Source: Curtobacterium sp. Leaf261
GTDB lineage: Bacteria; Actinomycetota; Actinomycetes; Actinomycetales; Microbacteriaceae
Direction of reading: 5' to 3'
Length of the DNA: 24,000 bases
NCBI RefSeq assembly: GCF_001422205.1
Contig: NZ_LMMJ01000009.1
Coordinates: forward strand, 456,841-480,840
Shown here: in pieces, positions 1 to 8,673 of the stretch
Layout: the number at the start of each line of letters is the position of its first letter
Position numbering within the stretch: position 1 is the stretch's first letter
Program-made: the position numbers and the translations under genes
The notes under the pieces: generated by a model
Told to the model about the DNA's origin: nothing
The model's input: only the letters and a program-made list of their open reading frames with translations
The model's database searches: none

Positions 1-1091
1 TCGCCGGGAACATCGCCGTCATGCAGGCGTTCGTCGAGCAGCACGGCCTGGTGTTCGCCCCGCACATGAAGACCCACATGGCTCCGGCCCTCGCTGCACG
101 GCAGATCGAGGCCGGTGCGTGGGGTGTGACGGTGGCATCGGTGCAGCAGGCGATGGTGGCGTGGGAGCACGGCATCCGGCACGTGCTCCTCGCGAACGAG
201 GTGCTCGACCCCGCCGGACTGGCGTGGCTCGCGTCGCGCTCGCCCGACGACGGCGCGGACGTGCTCTGCTACGTCGACTCCCTCGCCGGGGTCGAGGCGG
301 CGTCGGTGGCGGCGACCGCGGTGGGCGGCTCGCTCCCGATGCTCGTGGAGATCGGGTTCATCGGCGGCCGCACGGGCGTGCGGGGCGCCGAGACCGCACT
401 CGAGGTCGGTCGTGCCGCCGCGGCAGCGCCCGGGCTCGTCCTCCGTGGCGTCTCCGGCTACGAGGGCGGGCTCCCCGACGTCGACACTGCGCGCGCGTAC
501 GTCACCCAGGTCCTCGCGATCGCGGCGTCCTTCCGGTCGTCCGGACTCATGGCCACCGACCGCTCGATCCTCAGCATGGGCGGGAGCGCGTACTTCGACG
601 CGGTCGCAGATGCCCTGGCCGACCGACCGACCGACCTCGACGTGGTCCTCCGGTCCGGTGCGTACCTGACCCACGACGACGGCACCTACGAGCACAAGAC
701 ACCGTTCCACCGCATCCCGGAACAGGGTTCGCTCCGCGCCGCGATCGAGGTCTGGGGCCGCGTCACGTCGACCCCGGAGCCCGGCCTCGCGCTCGCCGCG
801 GTCGGCAAACGGGACGCCCCGTTCGACGAGGGACTGCCCGTCGTCCGACGACACGTCCCAGGGGGCGGTGCCGACGCCCCGCAGGCCGACGTGGCCACGG
901 GGTCGCTGACCGTGACACGGATGGACGACCAGCACGCCTACCTGTCGGTCACGGACGGCGTCGAGATCACCCCGGGCGACGTGGTCGTGTTCGGCATCTC
1001 GCACCCGTGCACCGCGTTCGACAAGTGGCGGACGATCCACGTGATCGACGACGCGGACGTCGTCGTCGACAGCATCGCGACGTGGTTCTGA
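1..1091 (+). CDS. PLP-dependent amino-acid deaminase, D-serine-dehydratase-like (alanine racemase N-terminal fold); 5' end cut by the window
   Basis: The frame of ORF 21..1091 stays open to the window edge (in-frame AGNIAV precedes the first Met). APHMKTH matches the PLP-lysine context of fold-type III enzymes. The C-terminal GDVVVFGISHPCTAFDKW resembles the D-Ser-dehydratase-like C domain. Third-position G/C is high. The stop shares a base with the next start (TGATG). Confidence 0.75.
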   Translation, partial: AGNIAVMQAFVEQHGLVFAPHMKTHMAPALAARQIEAGAWGVTVASVQQAMVAWEHGIRHVLLANEVLDPAGLAWLASRSPDDGADVLCYVDSLAGVEAASVAATAVGGSLPMLVEIGFIGGRTGVRGAETALEVGRAAAAAPGLVLRGVSGYEGGLPDVDTARAYVTQVLAIAASFRSSGLMATDRSILSMGGSAYFDAVADALADRPTDLDVVLRSGAYLTHDDGTYEHKTPFHRIPEQGSLRAAIEVWGRVTSTPEPGLALAAVGKRDAPFDEGLPVVRRHVPGGGADAPQADVATGSLTVTRMDDQHAYLSVTDGVEITPGDVVVFGISHPCTAFDKWRTIHVIDDADVVVDSIATWF

Positions 1092-1948
1092 TGGGGAGCG
1101 CCGTCGAGCCGGTCGCGTCCGACGACGGACTGGAGGCCGTGGTCGCCACCCAGCGGAACGCCGCGCTGTCACTGCGACGCGGGTTGCGCATCCTCGACCT
1201 CGTCGCCGATGCCACCCGCAACGGGACCGCGTCGACGAGCCTGACGACCCTCGCCACCGCACTCGGCACGAGCAAGTCGACCGTGCTCCGTCTGACCGCC
1301 CCGATGCTCGAGAACGAACTGCTCCGGCGGACCGAGGAGAGCGGGTTCACGCTCGGGCTCGGGTCGCAGCTGCTCGGCCAGTCGTACCTCGAGGGCATCG
1401 ACCTGCGGACCGCCGCGGGGCCGTTCCTCCGGCGCGCCGCCGAGCAGACCGGATTGACCTGCCACCTCGTCGTGCCCGACGGGACGGACATCGTCTACGT
1501 CGACAAGGTCGAGACCCGCGGGACCGTCCGGATGGGCTCGCGCGTCGGCAACCGGCTCCCGATGCGGAACACCGCGTCGGGCAAGGCGATCGTGGCGTTC
1601 GGCGACCCCGACCTGATGACGCGGGTGCTCGCCACGCCGGTCCCTGCCGCGACCGCGCACACGATCGTCGACGACGACGCCTGGCGCCACGAGGTCGCGC
1701 GGACGCACGACCGCGGGTACGGCATCGACGACCGCGAGAACGAGCCGGACATCCGCTGCGTCGGAGCACCGATCCTCGGCCACGCGAACCAGGTCGTCGG
1801 CGCCATGAGCATCTCCGGGCTGACGACGCGTCTCACCGTGCCCGCGGTCCGCGAGCTCGGCGACGAGGTCGTCCGGATGGCGCTCGAGATCTCGGTCGCA
1901 CTCGGCTCCGAGGCCGCCCGGCTCCTGCTCGCCCGTGGACAACGATGA
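1091..1948 (+). CDS. IclR-family transcriptional regulator (KdgR-like by context)
   Basis: 285 aa. N-terminal wHTH (LRRGLRILDLV...LGTSKSTVLRL) and an IclR effector domain (GSRVGNRLPMRNTASGKAIVAF, DIRCVGAPI). ATG at 1091 overlaps the upstream stop. The Arg/Pro-rich upstream part of ORF 119..1948 overlaps gene 1 and is treated as an artefact. Confidence 0.85.
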   Translation: MGSAVEPVASDDGLEAVVATQRNAALSLRRGLRILDLVADATRNGTASTSLTTLATALGTSKSTVLRLTAPMLENELLRRTEESGFTLGLGSQLLGQSYLEGIDLRTAAGPFLRRAAEQTGLTCHLVVPDGTDIVYVDKVETRGTVRMGSRVGNRLPMRNTASGKAIVAFGDPDLMTRVLATPVPAATAHTIVDDDAWRHEVARTHDRGYGIDDRENEPDIRCVGAPILGHANQVVGAMSISGLTTRLTVPAVRELGDEVVRMALEISVALGSEAARLLLARGQR

Positions 1949-2955
1949 GCACCGAGGGGGCCGGGCGTTCCGAGGGGGCCGGGCGTTCCGGCGTCGTCAC
2001 GCTCGGCGAGACGATGGTGCTCCTCGTCGGCCACGGCGCCGGGAGCGTCAGTGACCTCGACGCGATGCGGGTGGACACGGGCGGCGCCGAGAGCAACACC
2101 GCGATCGCACTCGCCAGGCTCGGTGTCCCCGTGACGTGGGTCGGCCGCGTCGGGGCGGACCCCGCTGGTGACCGCGTGCTCCGCGACATCCGGGGCGAGG
2201 GCGTCACGGCGACCGCAACGACCGACCCGGACCGGTCCACGGGGCTCATGATGAAGGAACGCCTCGCCGACGGCCGCACCCGTGTGACCTACCACCGCCG
2301 GGGCAGCGCCGGCTCAGCCCTCCGACCCGCGGACGTCCCGGCGAGCCTCATCGAGCGATCCCTGCTGCTGCACCTCACCGGCATCACGTCCGCACTCTCC
2401 GACAGCGCGCACGAGACGGTGCTCGACGCGCTCGCCCGGGCGGAGTCGGCGGGTGTCCGGGTGTCCTTCGACGTGAACCACCGGCCGAAGCTCATCGACG
2501 CCGCCCGCGGACGGGCCCGGTACCAGGAGGTCGCCCGGCGGTCGTCCATCGTCTTCGCGGGTGACGACGAGGCCCGGCTCGTGCTCGACCGTCCGGAGCG
2601 TCCGGACGACGAGGAGGACCTCGCGCTCCGGCTCGCCGACCTCGCCCACGGCCGGGCGGTCGTCAAGCTCGGCTCGCGCGGAGCCGTCGCGGCCGTCGAC
2701 GGACGGGTGTTCCGACGCGCGGCGACACCGGTCCGGGTCGTCGACCCCGTCGGTGCCGGCGACGCCTTCGTGGCGGCCTTCCTCGCGGCACGGCTCGCGG
2801 GCGAGGGGCCCGTCACCGCGCTCGACCTCGCCGCGGAGGCAGGGGCGCTCGCCTGCACGGTCGACGGCGACTGGCACAGCCTGCCGACGCGCGCAGCACT
2901 CGGGGGCGGACTCCCGGGGACCGACGACGCCGTGCACGACCGGGTCGATCGATGA
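1945..2955 (+). CDS. kdgK: PfkB-family sugar kinase, 2-dehydro-3-deoxygluconokinase-like
   Basis: 336 aa. VVTLGETMVLL N-terminus, GGAESNTAIALARLG, and the C-terminal DPVGAGDAF anion-hole motif of ribokinase/PfkB kinases. ATGA overlap with the iclR stop. Confidence 0.8.
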   Translation: MSTEGAGRSEGAGRSGVVTLGETMVLLVGHGAGSVSDLDAMRVDTGGAESNTAIALARLGVPVTWVGRVGADPAGDRVLRDIRGEGVTATATTDPDRSTGLMMKERLADGRTRVTYHRRGSAGSALRPADVPASLIERSLLLHLTGITSALSDSAHETVLDALARAESAGVRVSFDVNHRPKLIDAARGRARYQEVARRSSIVFAGDDEARLVLDRPERPDDEEDLALRLADLAHGRAVVKLGSRGAVAAVDGRVFRRAATPVRVVDPVGAGDAFVAAFLAARLAGEGPVTALDLAAEAGALACTVDGDWHSLPTRAALGGGLPGTDDAVHDRVDR

Positions 2956-2986
2956 CCACCCGCTCCCGTTCCGAGAGGACCACACC

Positions 2987-3718
2987 ATGACCGGCTCGAC
3001 CACCCCCGCACGTCGTCCGCACACCGGGGGGACGACCATCGCGATCCTCCGCGGTGGGAACGGCCGGCACGTCGAACGCGCCACCGCGACACTCGTCGAG
3101 GCGGGGGTGCTCGGCATCGAGATCACGACGAACACCCCGGGCTGGCAGGACGGCATCCGCTGGGCGGCGGAGGCGTACGCGTCGGCCGACGCCGACGCCG
3201 ACGCCGGCGCCGGGTCCATGTCCAGGCGCGGGTCCTCGTCTGCGGACGTCGTACCTCGGGCCTCGGTCGGGGTCGGCACGGTGCTCGACGTCGCGCAGCT
3301 CGAGGAGGCCGCTGCCGCCGGGGCGACGTTCGCCGTGAGCCCGCACCTGGACCCGGCGATCGGAGCCCGCGCGGCAGAGCTCGGACTCTCCTGGTACCCG
3401 GGGGCTGCGACCCCGACCGAGATCCTCACCGCGTGGCGCCTCGGGGCGACCGCGGTCAAGGTGTTCCCGGTCGCCCAGCTCGGCGGGCCGGCGTACCTCA
3501 GGCAGGTGCTGGCCCCGCTCGACTTCGTGCAGCTGATCCCCACCGGGGGCATCGGCGTCGAGAACGCCGCCGACTACCTGGCCGCCGGTGCGATCGCCGT
3601 CGGCCTCGGTTCCCCGCTGGTCGGGGATGCCCTGACGAGCGGGGACATGGCGGCCCTCGCGCACCGGGCACGGCGTCTCGTGGCCGGGCTCCCCCGTAGC
3701 GCACCGGTCGACCGGTGA
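2987..3718 (+). CDS. eda: 2-dehydro-3-deoxyphosphogluconate (KDPG) / 4-hydroxy-2-oxoglutarate aldolase, carrying an internal low-complexity insertion
   Basis: Internal ATG of ORF 2561..3718. AILRGG, GIEITTNTP, AVKVFPV (Schiff-base Lys context) and LIPTGGI motifs. An insertion of about 30 aa (SADADADAGAGSMSRRGSSSADVVPRAS) is absent from the canonical Eda proteins I know. Confidence 0.8.
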   Translation: MTGSTTPARRPHTGGTTIAILRGGNGRHVERATATLVEAGVLGIEITTNTPGWQDGIRWAAEAYASADADADAGAGSMSRRGSSSADVVPRASVGVGTVLDVAQLEEAAAAGATFAVSPHLDPAIGARAAELGLSWYPGAATPTEILTAWRLGATAVKVFPVAQLGGPAYLRQVLAPLDFVQLIPTGGIGVENAADYLAAGAIAVGLGSPLVGDALTSGDMAALAHRARRLVAGLPRSAPVDR

Positions 3719-5361
3719 CCGGGTCGGACATCCACGAGGACGGCGGGTCCGTCCTCCTGCGCGGCGGCTCGGTCGTCGCACGCGACGGGTCCGCCCCGCG
3801 CGATCTGTCCGCCCTGCACGGCGGGTCCGCCACGCAGGGCCGGTCTCCGTTCGAACGAGCTGACGTCCTCGTCGAGCACGGTCGGATCACCGCGGTCGGA
3901 GCGGACCTCCCCGTCCCGGGCGGTGTCCGGACGATCGACTGCGCCGCCCGGGTCGTCATGCCGGGCTTCGTCGACGCGCACTCCCATGCCGGGTCGCTCG
4001 TCACCGAGCCCCAGATCCAGCTCGCCCTCCTCCGGCAGGGCGTCACGACGATCGTCTCCGGGCAGGACGGGGTGTCCCCCGCTCCGGGCGACGGGTCCTA
4101 CGCGTCCGGGTACTTCGCGGCGATCGACGGCCCGCACCCCACCTACACCGGCGGCGGCGTCGAGGAGCTGCTCGCGCACGCCGACGGGACGAGCGCGGTC
4201 AACGTCGCGACGCTCGTCCCGGCCGGCACCGTGCGGCACGAGGTGATGGGGAACGATCCACGACCTGCGTCCCCGGACGAGATCGACGCGATGCGCGGGC
4301 TGGTCCGTGCGGAACTCGCCGCCGGGGCCGTCGGCCTCGCGACCGGTCTCGACTACGTCCCGGGGCTCTTCGCGGACGCGTCCGAGATCGGCGCGCTCTG
4401 TCGTGAGGTCGCAGCGGTCGACGGTCTCTACGTCACCCACATGCGCGGCGGGTACGAGGCGAACGCCAGGGCGGGCCTCGACGAGATCGCCGTGATCATC
4501 GCCGCGTCCGGGGTCCGCGCCCACGTCTCGCACCTGCACGCCCCCGTCGACACCGCGCGGACGGCACTCGCCGAACTCGCGGCCGCCGGTGCACCGATGA
4601 CCTTCGACGCGTACCCGTACTCCCGCGGCTGCACCATCCTGTCGATGCTCGTGCTCCCGCCGGACCTCGCCGTCCCGGGCACGGACGACCTGGCGCGGGC
4701 GACCAGCACCGACGGGGGTCGTGCCGCCGTGCACGCCGCCGTCGTCGCACGGGTGACCGCACGCGCCGACCTCGGTGACTCCTGGGCGTCGCAGATCACG
4801 CTGTCGCACGTCCCGGGGGCCGGGTTCCACCGGTACCAGGGCGTCACGCTCGCCGATGCAGCCACCGACCACGGCACCGACCCCGCATCGCTCGCCATCG
4901 ACCTGCTCGTCGAGTCCGGTCTCCAGGTCACCGCGATCATGCGCGTGCCGCACCCGAGGACCCCCGACGAGCTCGCACCGCTGTACCGGCTGCCAGGGCA
5001 CATGGCCGGGTCCGACGGCATCTTCGTCGGCAGCCACCCGCACCCGCGTGCCTACGGGACCTTCGCGAAGTACCTCGGGGACTTCGCGCGCGCGGGGCTG
5101 CTCACCTGGGCCGACACGATCCGACACTGCTCGACGAACGCGGTCGAGGCCCACCGGCTCGGAGGCCGGGGCGTGGTTGCCGTCGGAGCGGTCGCCGACC
5201 TCGCCGTGGTGGACCCGGCGACGGTCGCGGCGCGATCGACCTACGAGGACCCGATGCAGCTCGCGGTCGGCATCGACGACGTCGTCGTGGCCGGGCACCG
5301 GGTGCTCGCGGACGGCGCACTGACGGGGATACGGGCCGGACGAGGTGTCCGCCGCCACTGA
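3715..5361 (+). CDS. N-acyl-D-amino-acid deacylase (D-aminoacylase) family amidohydrolase
   Basis: 548 aa. VMPGFVDAHSHAG is the metal-binding HxH after strand 1. Length and the C-terminal AVGAVADLAVVDP...V segment are typical of D-aminoacylases. GTG start at 3715 overlaps the eda stop (GTGA). Confidence 0.8.
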   Translation: MTGSDIHEDGGSVLLRGGSVVARDGSAPRDLSALHGGSATQGRSPFERADVLVEHGRITAVGADLPVPGGVRTIDCAARVVMPGFVDAHSHAGSLVTEPQIQLALLRQGVTTIVSGQDGVSPAPGDGSYASGYFAAIDGPHPTYTGGGVEELLAHADGTSAVNVATLVPAGTVRHEVMGNDPRPASPDEIDAMRGLVRAELAAGAVGLATGLDYVPGLFADASEIGALCREVAAVDGLYVTHMRGGYEANARAGLDEIAVIIAASGVRAHVSHLHAPVDTARTALAELAAAGAPMTFDAYPYSRGCTILSMLVLPPDLAVPGTDDLARATSTDGGRAAVHAAVVARVTARADLGDSWASQITLSHVPGAGFHRYQGVTLADAATDHGTDPASLAIDLLVESGLQVTAIMRVPHPRTPDELAPLYRLPGHMAGSDGIFVGSHPHPRAYGTFAKYLGDFARAGLLTWADTIRHCSTNAVEAHRLGGRGVVAVGAVADLAVVDPATVAARSTYEDPMQLAVGIDDVVVAGHRVLADGALTGIRAGRGVRRH

Positions 5362-5449
5362 TCAGGAACCGCTGTGCACGCGCACCGGGGCGGGAGCGCC
5401 CACTCAGGCCGACGTCCCCGCCCAGCCCGGGGCGTGCCTCCAGTCCGAC

Positions 5450-7207
5450 TCAGACGTCGTCGAGTTCGCTCGCCGCCCGCCGCAACCGCAGCAGCACCTG
5501 CAGCTCCAACGACCGCTCGCGCCACCCGTGCCCGAGCAACCGGTCGAGCGTCGTCAGTCGCTGGTAGACGGTGTTCACGTGGACCCGGAGTGCCGCCGCG
5601 GTGGCGGTCGGACGTCGCCCGTGGTCGAGGAAGACATCGAGCGTCTCGACGAGCGGCACACCCCTGGCCTGCTCCTCGGCGAGGACCGGACCGAGTTCTC
5701 GCATCGTCTGCTGCTGCAGCTCCCGACGTCCGGTCCGGCTGAGGAGCACCGCGAACACCCCGAGATCGGCAGCCCTGGCGAGCACCCGCGTGTGTCCGAG
5801 TGCCGTCATCGCACGGGCCGTCCGACTCGCCTCGGCGTGGGCGCCCCGCAGCTCGGCGGGTTCGACGACCGGTCCGGCCAGCCCCGCGACCGGCGCGTCC
5901 GGTCCGTGCCACCGCGACTCCACGTCGAGGTCCGCCGGTGCCACCAGCACGAACTGGTCGTGGTGCACGGCGGTCGCGACCCGGTCGCCGAGCAGCAGTC
6001 CCTCGACGAACCGACGAGCGTGACCGGTGTCCCCGCCGACCACCACCACGACGTGGGCACGCCGTGGGTCGAGCCCGGCGCCCCACCACCGACGTCGCTC
6101 CGCGGTGGGGTCGGGTTCCGCGCGGCTCAGGAGGTCGATCGTGGCGATGTCCCGGTCGAGCTGGACCGCCCGCGCGGTGGCCCTGGCGCCGACCAGCGTC
6201 AGCGCGATCAGCGGGGCGGCTCGCTCGAGCAGCAGCAGCGCGGCCGCTGGCGGAGCGTCCTCGTCGACCACGAGCGCCCCGAAGAGCTGCCCCGCCGCGG
6301 CCACCGGCTGCACGACGCTCCCCCCGACCCGGACGTGGTCGGTCACGCCGTCGCGTGCCAGGTCGACGAGCGCGCTGCCGAGCGATCCGTCACCCGGATG
6401 CGCGACCCAGCGCACCGCGACGTCCGTCATCGACCGCACCCGTTCGACGAGCGATTCCGGGTCGCCGCCGTCGAGCACCGCGCGGGTCAGCTCCGCGTCG
6501 AGGCGCAGGGTCGTCTCGAGTCCGCGCTTCGCATCACGGAGCTCGTGGGCCGTGTTGGCGTTGTCGATCGCGACGGCCGCGTGCGCGGCCAACCCGGTCA
6601 GCAGACTGATCTCGTGCTCGTCGAAGCGCCGTTCCTCCCGCTTCGCGGCGAGCAGCACACCGAGGACCCGGCCGCGGACCGCCAGTGGCACACCGAGCAG
6701 GCCGCGGATCGACTCGGCCGCGGCGGCACGATCGGCACCCGGTTCGTGCACCAGGTCGGGGTCCGTCCGGTAGTCGGATGTCCACCGCGCCGCGCCGGAC
6801 ATGACGACGCTCCCCGCGAGTCCGGCGGTCCGCGGGACCCGCGTCCCGACGAGGCGTGCTGACCGGTCCCCGCTGGCGACCTGGATCTCCAGGTCGTCGT
6901 CGTGCACGAGCGCGACGTAGGTGAGGTCGACACCGAGGAGCCGGCGTCCCTGGTCGGCCACCTCGACGAGCAGTTCGGTCGGGTCCGAGACGGTGGCGAG
7001 CCGCCCGGCGATGTCGTTGAGCGCCGCCAGCTCGACGACCCGCTGCCCGCGATCCTGCAGCATCAGCCCGATCTCCGCCGCAGCACGGGCATCGGCATCC
7101 GCCCGGGCCTCGTCCGCTCCTCCGGCGATGAGCGCGGCACGGTGTGCCCGCAGCTCCGGGAGGTCCGCCTGTGCCATGAGCAGCCCGAGCCAGTTCTCGG
7201 TGGTCAT
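5450..7207 (-). CDS. GAF-domain / PucR (CdaR)-family transcriptional regulator
   Basis: Internal ATG (MTTENWLGLL) of ORF 5450..8128. GAF-like segment (LLGVDLTYVALV...GLLGVPLAVRGRVLGVLLAAK) and C-terminal PucR HTH (LVETLDVFLDHGRRPTATAAALRVHVNTVYQRLTTLDRLLG). The upstream extension runs antisense through the MFS gene. Confidence 0.8.
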   Translation of the reverse strand: MTTENWLGLLMAQADLPELRAHRAALIAGGADEARADADARAAAEIGLMLQDRGQRVVELAALNDIAGRLATVSDPTELLVEVADQGRRLLGVDLTYVALVHDDDLEIQVASGDRSARLVGTRVPRTAGLAGSVVMSGAARWTSDYRTDPDLVHEPGADRAAAAESIRGLLGVPLAVRGRVLGVLLAAKREERRFDEHEISLLTGLAAHAAVAIDNANTAHELRDAKRGLETTLRLDAELTRAVLDGGDPESLVERVRSMTDVAVRWVAHPGDGSLGSALVDLARDGVTDHVRVGGSVVQPVAAAGQLFGALVVDEDAPPAAALLLLERAAPLIALTLVGARATARAVQLDRDIATIDLLSRAEPDPTAERRRWWGAGLDPRRAHVVVVVGGDTGHARRFVEGLLLGDRVATAVHHDQFVLVAPADLDVESRWHGPDAPVAGLAGPVVEPAELRGAHAEASRTARAMTALGHTRVLARAADLGVFAVLLSRTGRRELQQQTMRELGPVLAEEQARGVPLVETLDVFLDHGRRPTATAAALRVHVNTVYQRLTTLDRLLGHGWRERSLELQVLLRLRRAASELDDV

Positions 7208-7328
7208 AGACGATCCATCCACTGCATCGTCCGAGTGTAGGTGGTTCGTCCATTGCCCGGGCGAACCCGGGTGATCCAGAGTGGAGCATCCCCGAGCGGC
7301 AGCGCCGCCCCTCAGCTCAGGAGTCCCC

Positions 7329-8669
7329 ATGCACGATGCTGTTCCCCCCACGATCGACGACCGCTCGGCAGCGGGCGCTCCGTCCGCAGCCGATGCGCCG
7401 CACGCCGTCGACCTCGACGTCCCCGGATCCGGCGTTCGCCCCGGCGGGCTCCGTCGGCTCTCAGTCGGCCTCGCGCTCGTCAACCTCGCGATCCTCGCGG
7501 TCAACTCCGGTGGCCTCGGGATCCTCATCCCGAACCTCGTCGCCGACATCGACTCCGTGCACAAGATCGGCAACCTCGCGATCGTCACCACCGTCGCGTT
7601 CCTGGCCAACGTGTTCGCACAGCCGATCGCCGGCGCGCTCTCCGACGCCACTCGGTCCCGGTTCGGTCGCCGGACCCCGTGGATGGTCGGCGGGGCACTC
7701 GTCGCGGCGGGCTTCCTCGTCGGTCTCCCCCTCGCGGGGTCCGTGGTCACGATCGCCATCATCTGGCTGGTGGTGCAGCTCGGCCTCAACGCGCTGCAGG
7801 CTGCCGCCACGGCACTCGTCCCGGACCGGTTCCCACCCGCACGACGCGGCGGTGTCTCCGGACTCATCGGCCTCGGCATCACCGTGGGCAACGCCGCCGG
7901 AGCGATCATCGCCGGGTCGTCGGCCGGCAGCGGTTCGCTGCCGTACATCGTCCTCGCGGCGCTCGTCGTCGTGGTCATCGTGGTCTTCGTCGTGGTGAAC
8001 CCCGAGCAGTCGAGTCGCGGCGACGCGGTGCTCCCGCGCCAGTCGCTCGGCCAGTTCCTCCGTGGCTTCTGGGTGGACCCGCGGAAGCACCCCGACTTCG
8101 CCTGGGCCTTCGCCGCGCGGTTCCTCATGGTGATCGGCTTCTACGGGGCCCAGACGTTCGGGCTCTACATCCTCCGGGACTACATCGGGCTGAGCGATGC
8201 TGCGTCGAATGCGTTCGCGGCCCGGATCGGTGTCGTGCTCCTCATCGGCGTTCTCCTCTCCGCGCTGACGAGCGGCATGCTGTCGGACCGGCTCGGGCGT
8301 CGCAAGCCGTTCATCATCTGGGCCTCCGTCGTCATGGCGATCGGCCTCGCGGTCCCGCTCGCCTTCCCGACCACCACCGGCGTCCTCGTGTACAGCTTCC
8401 TGCTCGGCCTGGGGTTCGGCGCGTACATCTCGATCGACCTCGCGCTGATGACCGAGGTGCTGCCGGCATCGATGGCGTCCGGTGCGAGCTCCGCGGGCCG
8501 TGACCTCGCGATCCTCGGCCTCGCGACCACCCTGCCGCAGGCGCTCAGCCCCTCGATCGCGGCCGGACTCGTCTCCGTCACCGGCGGGTACCCGGCGCTG
8601 TTCGTCTCGGGCATCGTGTTCGTGCTCCTCGGCGCGGCCGCGGCGCTCCCGATCAAGTCCGTGCGCTGA
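7329..8669 (+). CDS. MFS transporter (12-TM; motif-A-like GALSDATRSRFGRRTPWMV)
   Basis: Hydrophobic helices run throughout, with MFS motif A after TM2. I prefer the ATG at 7329 because caggag lies 5 nt upstream. An alternative in-frame ATG is at 7281. Confidence 0.8.
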   Translation: MHDAVPPTIDDRSAAGAPSAADAPHAVDLDVPGSGVRPGGLRRLSVGLALVNLAILAVNSGGLGILIPNLVADIDSVHKIGNLAIVTTVAFLANVFAQPIAGALSDATRSRFGRRTPWMVGGALVAAGFLVGLPLAGSVVTIAIIWLVVQLGLNALQAAATALVPDRFPPARRGGVSGLIGLGITVGNAAGAIIAGSSAGSGSLPYIVLAALVVVVIVVFVVVNPEQSSRGDAVLPRQSLGQFLRGFWVDPRKHPDFAWAFAARFLMVIGFYGAQTFGLYILRDYIGLSDAASNAFAARIGVVLLIGVLLSALTSGMLSDRLGRRKPFIIWASVVMAIGLAVPLAFPTTTGVLVYSFLLGLGFGAYISIDLALMTEVLPASMASGASSAGRDLAILGLATTLPQALSPSIAAGLVSVTGGYPALFVSGIVFVLLGAAAALPIKSVR

Positions 8670-8673
8670 ACCG

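Noticed and set aside
119-1090. N-terminal 324-codon extension of the IclR ORF (119..1948)
   Set aside because: It lies out of frame over the deaminase gene, has RGRRP-type composition and no domain. The IclR wHTH begins right after the ATG at 1091, which is coupled to the upstream stop.
7208-8128. Upstream extension of the PucR ORF (5450..8128), and other long antisense ORFs such as 3574..5358, 2314..3552, 7461..8786, 9998..11461, 18838..20148 and 22281..23987 upstream of 22904
   Set aside because: Each is antisense to, or out of frame with, a gene that has clear family motifs. Their translations are low-complexity Arg/Pro/Gly/Ala strings with no recognisable domains.
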